In this document: positions 21,890-29,738 of the stretch, piece after piece
Numbering within the stretch: position 1 is the stretch's first letter
Layout: every line of letters starts with the position of its first letter
Origin: Lama guanicoe
Lineage: Eukaryota
Direction: 5' to 3'
Assembly (NCBI GenBank): GCA_013239625.1
Contig: MU054122.1
Location: 770,773-800,510, forward strand
DNA length: 29,738 bases
Program-made: the position numbers and the translations under genes
Notes under the pieces: model-generated
Database searches by the model: none
Told to the model about the DNA's origin: nothing
The model's input: only the letters and a program-made list of their open reading frames with translations

Positions 21890-22428
21890 TTCAATTTTTC
21901 CACCGTGTTCCAAGCTCTAGGCTCCAGTAGGGAGGTAAGACAGGGATCTGTCCTCAGGAAACGTACCTTCTACTGGAGAGAGAGAGATAGCAAACACGTA
22001 AGCAAAGAAGATAACTTCCAATGATAATTTGTAAATGCTACAAAGAAAATACAACTAGGAAATAGGACAGAGAGTGAAGGGGGACTGACAGGGGAGGTGG
22101 TAACCACACTACCTCGGGAGGTCAATGCCAACCTGAGACTTCAATGGTGAGAATGAGCTAGCGAGGGGGGCCTTTGCGGAAGGCTTTCCAGGAAGAGGGG
22201 CCAGCAAGTGGAAAGGCCCGGAGGTAGGAACTAAATTTGCATGTTTGGAACTTAGGAATGAGAGACCCAAGATAAGAGATTAGTTTGGGGAGGGGAGGTA
22301 GATGTCAGACAAGACAGGGGCTTTAAGTCATGGTGAGAAGTTTGGATTTTATTCTTATATTGATGGGACAAGCACCAGAGACTATTGAGCAAGAACGTGA
22401 TAGGATCTTATTCTAAAAATCACTCATG
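21890..22428 (-). mobile_element. L2 fragment (part 1)
   Basis: Antisense L2 motifs: ttccaggaagaggggccagcaagtggaaaggcccggaggtaggaa; catggtgagaagtttggattttattct; aaaaatcactc. Confidence 0.8.
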
Positions 22429-23136
22429 TTGCCCATCAACTGCTAAACAGATAAACAGAATGTGATGTAGCCATTCCATGGGCTATAAGTCAGTCATGAA
22501 AAGGACTAAAGTACCCATACATGCTACAATGTGAATGAACTTTGAAAACATTAAGCTAAATGAAAGAAGCCAGTCACAAAAGACCACATAGTTCTTAGAA
22601 GAGGCAAAATCTAGAGGGGGGAATTGGGTGATTTGGGGCAGGAGAAAATGGGAGTGACTGTTAATGAATATGAGTGTCTTTTGACAGTGATAAAAATGTG
22701 CTAGAATTAGATACTGGTTATGGTTGCAAAGCTTTTTGAATATCCTACAAGCCACTGAATTGTACATTAAAAGAGTGTATTTTATGTTATGTAAATTACA
22801 TCTCTATATTTTTCAAAGTTTGAATATAGACTGGGTATTAGATATTACCAAGAAATTATTATAATATTGATAAGTGCAACAGTATTATTGCAGTAATGTA
22901 AGGCTGTGTTCCCTTCTGTGAAGATGCACACTGAAGAGTGTAAGAGTGAACTGATATGATGCCTTGGATATGCTTTGGAACAGTTCAGAAAAAAAAAAAA
23001 GGAGATGATTTTAAAAATGTAGCAAAACCTTAATAACTATTGAATCTGGGTAATTAGTTTATGGGGGTCAACGTACCCTCTACTCTACTTCTGTATGTGA
23101 TTGAAATTTTTCAAATAAAAAATTGCTAAAAGAAAA
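22429..23136 (+). mobile_element. L1 3' end (L1ME1/L1MB-like) inserted in L2
   Basis: atacatgctacaatgtgaatgaactttgaaaacattaagctaaatgaaagaagccagtcacaaaagaccacat, an extended 3'UTR and A-rich tail; 14-bp perfect TSD aaaaatcactcatg at 22415-22428 and 23137-23150. Confidence 0.8.
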
Positions 23137-23159
23137 AAAAATCACTCATGCTGCAGTAT

Positions 23160-23240
23160 TAGTGTACCAAATCAACATGCTGTACACATTCACTTACACA
23201 ACCTTAAATGTCAGTTATACCCAAATAAGGCTATAGCAGA
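23160..23240 (+). mobile_element. Very short L1 3' terminus (L1MA-like)
   Basis: caaatcaacatgctgtacacattcacttacacaaccttaaatgtcagttatacccaaataaggct. Confidence 0.55.
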
Positions 23241-23244
23241 AGAG

Positions 23245-23690
23245 AAACTGCTCTGGCTACTCCATGGAGGATGCACCATGAAGGAGGAAAAGTGGAGGTG
23301 AGATGCCAGTTAGGACGCTGTTGCACAACTCCAGGTAAGAGGTATTGGTCTAGATTAGGGTGTGAGCAGCAGAGGGTTGAGAACTGGCCTGCCAGTGGCT
23401 ATATTGTGATGAGCCCTGCTAAGTCCTCAAAGTAGCATCTGAAGGACAGAGTAATTATGCAAGACTTGCCCCTGCAGACTCCAGAGAGCAGCAACGTGAG
23501 AGACACCGAGGGACGTAGAGAGACATACACAGAATTTGAGAGACAGTAAAAGAAATGATTGCAAGATATTCAAGATGGGGGGATTCTCCAGGTACCTAGA
23601 AATACAGGGCTGGAATTTAGGTGAAAGGTTAGGATTGGAGATGTACGTTTGCAACTTATTAGCCTAAATATGATGGTGGAAATGTTCATG
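23245..23690 (-). mobile_element. L2 fragment (part 2)
   Basis: gctctggctactccatggagg...ccagttaggacgctgttgcacaactccaggtaagag...ctggaatttaggtgaaaggttaggattggagatg continues the L2 at 21890-22428. Confidence 0.75.
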
Positions 23691-23994
23691 CATTCTAATA
23701 GACTAAGAATAGAGTGGGAACATCAAGTCATGTTAAAGGGCTTATTTTTATTTAGAAACTAGCAGGATGAAGGGGGTGTTATAGGGCAATTCCCAGAGAC
23801 AAATGACCAGAGCAGGGAGAGAGCCAAGTGGACTAAAGCTGCATAAAGACAGGCTCTGCGTCTCAGATGACTTTGGCTACTAGCAATGGCCTTGTTGGTT
23901 GATTTGTCTCATCAGAGACAAAGTTCCAAAGGTCTTAATGATCCAGGAGGTTGAGATCTTACAAAAGGCCAATTTATTTTTAAAAAAGAATTCT

Positions 23995-24935
23995 TAGCAA
24001 TCATTGAAAATAGAATCAGTTGAAACAATAAGATGCCACTACACATCTATTAGAATGGCATGGCCAAAATCCAAAATACTGACAGCATCAAATATTGCTG
24101 GGGGTGTAGAGCAACAGGAACACTTACTCATTTCTGGTGGGAATGCAAGATGGTGCAGCCACTGTGGAAGACAGTTCAGTGGTTTCTTACAAGAATAAGC
24201 ATACTCTTAACCATACAATCCAGCAACTGCACCCCTTGGTGTTGATCCAGAGAAGTCAAAAATGTATATCCACACACACTGCATGTGGATGTTTACAGCA
24301 TCTTTATTCATAACTGCCAAAACTTGGAAGCAACCAAGGTGTCCTTCCATAAATGAATAGACAAATACACCGTGGGACATTCAGACAACATGTTTTTTTA
24401 TTCAGCACTAAAAAGAGCTGACAAGCCATGAAGAGACACGGATGATCCTTAAGTGCATACTGCTAAGTGTAAAAAGTCAACCTGAAAAAACTACATACTG
24501 TACGATTAACACTCTATGACATTCTAGAAAAGGCAAAACTATGGAGACGATAAATAGATCAGTGGTTGCCAGGCATTAGAGGTGGGGAAGGGATGAACAG
24601 GAAGAGGACAGAGGATTTTCAGGGCAGTGAAGCTGTACAGTAGAATACTACAAGGGTGGATACACGTCTTCATACATTTGTCAAGACCCATAGCGTGTAC
24701 AGCACCAGGAGAGAACTCTAATGTAAGCTACAGACTTTGGGAGATGATGATGTGTCAAGGTAGGTTCTTCAACTGTAACAAATGTACCATCCGGTGGGAG
24801 GTGTTGATAATGGGGGAAGTTGTGTTGGGGTTGGGGGCAGGAGTATAAGGGAAATCTTTGTACTTTATGCTCAATTTTCCTATTAACTATTAACCTTAAA
24901 CTGCTCTTTTCAGTTTACTAATTAAAAAAACAAAA
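23995..24935 (+). mobile_element. L1 3' end (L1MC1-like)
   Basis: Decayed ORF2 C-terminus (TIRCHYTSIRMA; HFWWECKMVQPLWKTVQWFL) and an L1MC-type 3'UTR (gactttgggagatgatgatgtgtcaaggtaggttcttcaactgtaacaaatgtacca) with A-rich end. Confidence 0.85.
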
Positions 24936-25044
24936 GGTATCAGTAGAGTGTTATGGCCTGAAGTAAAAGGAAAGAGACCCAACCAACAGCCAGAGCTTTC
25001 AGTGAGATAAGCATGGTCATTGCTTTCTGTTAGCTGGGCTCCAT

Positions 25045-25415
25045 TCTTCCCGTTGCCTAGGTCAAAAACTACCTTGTTGTCTTCATTCCTCTCATTCCCT
25101 CACATCCCTCACCTAGTCCATGAGCGTAACTGTTGGCTGTACCTTCAAAGTACATCCAGAAGCTAATCACTTCTCCCCATATACATGACCTCCTTCCTAG
25201 ATTATTGCAACAGCTCCCTAATTAGATCTCTGTGTCCCCCACCTTGACTCCCTAGGGTCTATTCTTAATACAGAAGCTGACAGATCCTACTGAAGCCAGA
25301 TCCCAAAACCCTGTCTCCACTCAAACTCCCCCAAAGACTTCCCATCTTACTCAGAGCAAACCAACATCCTTACATGACCTAAAAGTCCCCACATTGTGTA
25401 GCTCCCTCTCACTCC
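25045..25415 (+). mobile_element. L2 fragment
   Basis: ctgttggctgtaccttcaaagtacatccagaa...cctagattattgcaacagctccctaa...cttcccatcttactcagagcaaa. Confidence 0.75.
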
Positions 25416-25419
25416 CTTG

Positions 25420-27420
25420 TTGCATATTTTAAAAGCTGCTAAACAAGGATCAGCTTCCAACCAGCCTGCATCTAGATGCTAAGATCCTCCCACTTCTGGA
25501 CACCGAAAAGTCTTGGCACACATTCAACTATGGGGAGCCATTAAGAATAAAGAAGGCACTTGGGCAGTCACAAAGGTCAGGGAAAAAACGCAGACCTAGG
25601 GCAGGTCTGAGTGACAGGCTTATCTCCTGCAGGAGACCACTCTCGGAAGACTGGGAGTGGTGACTGCTTTATCTAATGCACAGAAAACACACAGAGTCAA
25701 GGAAGATGAGGAAATAGAGTCATGTGTTTCAAACAAAAGTGAAAGACAGAACTCAAGAAACAGACCTTAAGAAATGGAAATAAGTGACTTATCTGATGAA
25801 GAGTCCAAAATCAATTGTCACAAAGATGCTCACTGAGCTCAAGAGAGTAATTCATGAACAGAGTGGAAATTTCAACAAAGGATAGAAAATATAAGAAAGT
25901 ACCAAACAGAAAACATGATGCTGAAGAATGTAATAACTGAACTGAAATTTTTAATTGAGGTGTTGAACAGCAGTATAGATGAACCAGAAGAAACAGATCA
26001 GCAAACCCAAAGACAGGGCACTGGAATTCACGCAACTGAGGGAGAAAAAAGAAAAAAGAATGGAAAGTGTGATTAATTAAGATAGATTAAGGGATTTCTT
26101 TAACAACATCAAGGGGACCATATTCACAATATGGGAGTCACAGAAATATGAGGGAAGGCAGAAAGTTTGTTTGAAAAAATAATAACTGAAAATTTCCCTG
26201 ACTTGGGGAAAGAAACAAACACACAGATCCAAGAAGCCCAATACATTCGAAAAAGGAAGAATTCAACAAGACGCACACTGAGACACAGTATAATTAACGT
26301 GTCAAAAGTTAAAGACAAGGGAAGAATCTTTAAAGCAGTGAAAGAAAAACAACTCGTTATATACAAGAGAACCCCCATAAAACCATCAGCATAGTTTTCA
26401 GAAGAAACTTTGCAGGCTGAAGAAAATAGCACTATATATTCCAAGTGTTGAAAGGAAAAAACAAACAGAAAAATAAACAAACAAACAAAAAACAACACTA
26501 TCAGCCAGAGCACTACCCAGGCAGGTTGCTCTTCAGAATTTAAGGAGAAAAAAAAAGTTTTCCAGACAAGGAAAACTGAAGAAGTTCATGACCACTAAAC
26601 TGGCCATGCCAAAAAAAGTTTGAGACTTCTTTAAGCTAAAACAAAAGGCTAATAATTAGTAACAGGAAAACATATGAAGGTATAAATTGCAGTGGTAAAG
26701 GTAAACATAAATTCAGAATCCTTTATAGTTGTCATCATGATGAATAAATCATATAAAAATCTAGCATGAAGGTTGAAAGATAAAAGTATTAAGAATAACT
26801 AACTGCAAAATTTGCTAAGGGATAAACAAGATGAAGATATAAATTGTGACATCAAAATAACGAGGAGCATTTTAAAATGTAGGGCTTTAGTATGCATTCT
26901 AAATTAAGTTGTTATCAGCTTAAAATAGGCTTATAAAAGCCATTTTTATATAAGCTTCTTCATGGTAACACAAAGCAAAAACCTGTATTAGATACACAAA
27001 AGACAAAAAAAAAAAAAGGAATCTAAGCAAACCATTGCAGGAAGTTGTTAAATCACAAAGGAATACAATAAGAAGAAAGAAGAAAGAAAAGGAAGGAGAA
27101 GGAGAAGGAAGAAGGAAGAAGAAGGAGGAAAGAAGAAGGAGGAAAGAAGAAGAAGAAGAAGAAGAAGAAGAAAGAAGAAGAAGAAGAAGAAGAAGAAGAA
27201 AGAAGAAGGAGAAGGAGAAGAAGAAGAAGAAGAAGAAGAAAGAAGAAGAAGAAGAAGAAGAAGAAGAAAGAAGAAGAAAGAACTTTAAAAAGTCAGAAAA
27301 CAATTACAAAATGGCAATAGTAAATTCATGCCTATCAATAATTACTTTTTAAAGTAGATGGACTAACTTCTCCAATCTAAAGACACAGAGTGACTGAATC
27401 AATAAAAAAAAAATCTAACA
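25420..27420 (+). mobile_element. L1: end of 5'UTR, decayed ORF1, inter-ORF spacer and start of ORF2
   Basis: ORF 26167-26394 FEKIITENFPDLGKETNTQIQEAQ...RHSIINVSKVKDKGRIFKAVKEKQLVIYKRTPIKPSA is L1 ORF1p. ORF2 endonuclease start MAIVNSCLSIIT at 27311, then frameshifted. Confidence 0.9.
27070..27282 (+). repeat. Compound (GAA)n microsatellite, 213 nt purine-only
   Basis: No pyrimidine between 27070 and 27282; mostly GAA with GAAA, GGA and GAGAAG interruptions. Confidence 0.95.
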
Positions 27421-27429
27421 GTTTCACTT

Positions 27430-28870
27430 ACTACAACCTATTATGATGCAAACGAAGAAACAAGCCATAGTATATTCATGCACCAGAATTATTTCCAATA
27501 GATCTATAAGGAAAGTTTCCAGTGAAGAGCTAATATAAAAATAGAAACAGAAGGGTAAAAAAAACTTAAGACACTTAAAAGACATAGCACTATGAAGCAA
27601 TGCCACAAGAATTTTAAAACACAGCAAAAAAGAAAAAAGCATTTATAAACTAAAAATAAGATAGCTGAACCAAATATTCAAAAGATTTGGAAGACAAAGG
27701 AAATATCCCAGAAACTTATTTAAAAAAAAAGTGAAAGTAAAATGGAAAAGCATATCTGATAATCAATTTAGTACCATATGACCAACAAGATTCTCAGGAA
27801 AGTAGAAATCCTAAATATTAAAAAAAAAAATTCCTAGAATGGAAAAAAATGTAACTTTGTGTTAAAAAGGTGCAGAAGGCCTAGCACAATGAATCAAAAA
27901 ATTACATAACAGGGCACAACTCTTTCAAATTTAAAAACGCCAAGGATAAATGAAACATTCTAAAATCTACTAGAAAGACTAAGAAAAAAAATCGCAAAAT
28001 ACTGGTCTTCACAACAATACTAGAAGCTGGAGGACAATGACAACATCTTCAAAATTCTGAAAGAGACATTTTCCCAACTCAGAATTCTGTATCTAGCCCA
28101 ATTATAAATCAAAAGTGAAGACAGACCAAAATATTTTCAGTATTTTAAACTACAGAAAAATGATCACTTTGGAAACCTCTGCAGGAAATGTCTGAAGCAT
28201 GTGCTTCATCAAAGAGTAAAGCAAGAAAAACATAAGTTCTAATAAAAGAGAAAAGGAAGGAAGATTCCTAGAATGACAGCAAGGACATGTCCGGAACAGC
28301 TGTGCACCAGGCACGGAGAGGGGCACAGGTCCAATTTGGAGCAGGATGGAGCACTGACCAGGCAGGGAGGTGTGTGGACAAACTTGGAGGAGAGCTTCTG
28401 TATAGCATGAAATGACTTAACCAAACATACAAAGAAAACTAAGGCAATGAAATATTAGTTACTCTAGGGGAAAAAAGGTGTAGGAAAAAGGGGAACACTG
28501 CAGCACAGCAGTAACTAAACTTTACAGTGACAATAATGAAAAGACAGAGTGTGGATTAAGCCAAAATACTATATAGGGGTGATAAGGGAAAAGGGCCAAA
28601 GTATTTTATGTTCTGCTATAAGAAATAATTAGTATACCTGAAATAAATAAAATATTATATGTTGATTTTTATCAATTTTTAAAAAAGACAAATTATACTG
28701 TTTAAAATTTCCATATATGCACATTATCCAGAAATATCAAAGTATATACTAGGGAAAAAAGGGTAAGGCATTTAAAGAGATTTGACTAATATACATCATT
28801 TTCAGACTTTAACATTACATAACTTTTTAAAAAGAATGTCTGTGTTACTTCGACACAAAATTTTTATGTT
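27430..28870 (+). mobile_element. HAL1 (half-L1)-like element
   Basis: A-rich ORF1-like decay (caatactagaagctggaggacaatg...ttcaaaattctgaa...cagaattctgtatctagccca) followed by HAL1-type ggaagattcctagaatgacagc...gtccaatttggagcagga. Boundaries approximate. Confidence 0.6.
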
Positions 28871-29406
28871 GAACAAAACAAAAAATTGAAAGTTTTTTGT
28901 ATTGGGGCTACAACAGGTAGTAAGGCAAAGTTCATGCCTCAAGTGAGTTTCTATTGAAATAAAAAGACAAGTAAACAAACAAGCTTATATGATGACAGGG
29001 ATAACTGTTACTCAGAAAAATGGTAAAGACAGGGAGAGTGAGTGTCGGGGTGGTTAAGAGTGGTCAGGGAAGGAAGGCAAGCAATGTATATGTGTATGTA
29101 TCTATCTTTATTAACCTTGAAAAAAGGCTATTTTAGTATTCTTATCAATCTATGGCACAAGTGAGCTAAAGCCATTTCATTCTCTTCATGACTTATTAAG
29201 TCCAGGAAAAAAACCCCGCACCATATTAGCAATAACAAATTGGCCATAAAACACTGCCTTTTTTTAGGCCTTGGCATTAAATGCAAAATGAAACTAGTTG
29301 AGTTTTTAAACTGGCTTCAATTCCTGAGAAAACATTCTGTTAAAAGAATGCCTAAAACTTTACCTATTGCTGGCCCTTTTTGTATAGGTAAATTTTCTCT
29401 CTTCAG

Positions 29407-29643
29407 AAGACATCACATCTGATTCACTCTGACTCAGGACAGGTTTTACAACTTCTTGGCCCTTTGGACTTGCAAGTTTTAGATGTCTCAGAACCAGTTC
29501 TAGACTAGTTATGGACAAGCAACATAGTACATGGAACCAAAAGCATTCAGTTTTCCAGCACTGAAGAGAGGAATAATCGGTTTGCAATGAAGATTTCCAG
29601 GAAACCCGTAAATCTCTACAAGACAACATATTCCCGAGCCCTG
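29407..29643 (+). pseudogene. Candidate phase 0-0 coding exon (79 codons) with one premature stop, unidentified gene
   Basis: Strong acceptor aattttctctcttcag| and strong donor CTG|GTGAGC; 237 nt; KTSHLIHSDSGQVLQLLGPLDLQVLDVSEPVLD*LWTSNIVHGTKSIQFSSTEERNNRFAMKISRKPVNLYKTTYSRAL with a single TAG at 29506. Confidence 0.35.
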
Positions 29644-29738
29644 GTGAGCAGGCGAAACAAGAGAACGTGAAGGCGCAGGGGCTTAAAGGGCAGGGCAGAA
29701 AACAAAGCAGCACTAGTTTTAAAAGTTGATAGATTTGG

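Noticed and set aside
26167..26394. L1 ORF1p ORF as a domesticated gene
   Set aside because: Flanked by stops and frameshifts in the same element; ordinary decay.
27035..27352. 105-aa K/E/R-rich ORF and the antisense S/F/L-rich ORF 26920-27303
   Set aside because: Products of the GAA microsatellite running into the L1 ORF2 start; not a gene.
29360..29713. 117-aa minus-strand ORF
   Set aside because: No recognisable homology; the splice signals favour the + strand exon candidate.

Overview
Mammalian genomic DNA, probably camelid: it carries two Vic-1-type tRNA-derived SINEs and artiodactyl-type L1 3' ends. About half the window is transposon relics (L1 of several ages, HAL1, L2, MIR, MaLR and ERV1 LTRs); subfamily names are from recall of consensus sequences, not a search. 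The only recognisable gene is the 5' part of SLC39A12 (zinc transporter ZIP12) on the + strand: a probable non-coding exon 1 ending at 9530 and the first coding exon at 10764-11107 (ATG at 10850). That exon is followed by AT instead of the GT donor, and I could not find the next ZIP12 exon in the 18.6 kb downstream. The locus therefore looks like a disrupted gene or a truncated duplicate. Two unidentified, phase-compatible, exon-like segments with premature stops (20835-21202, 29407-29643) lie downstream instead. Other notable structures are a SINE+L1-3'UTR chimera inside one target-site duplication, a SINE whose B box is replaced by a 23-bp fold-back, a palindromic double STAT site in intron 1, and a 213-nt purine-only GAA tract.
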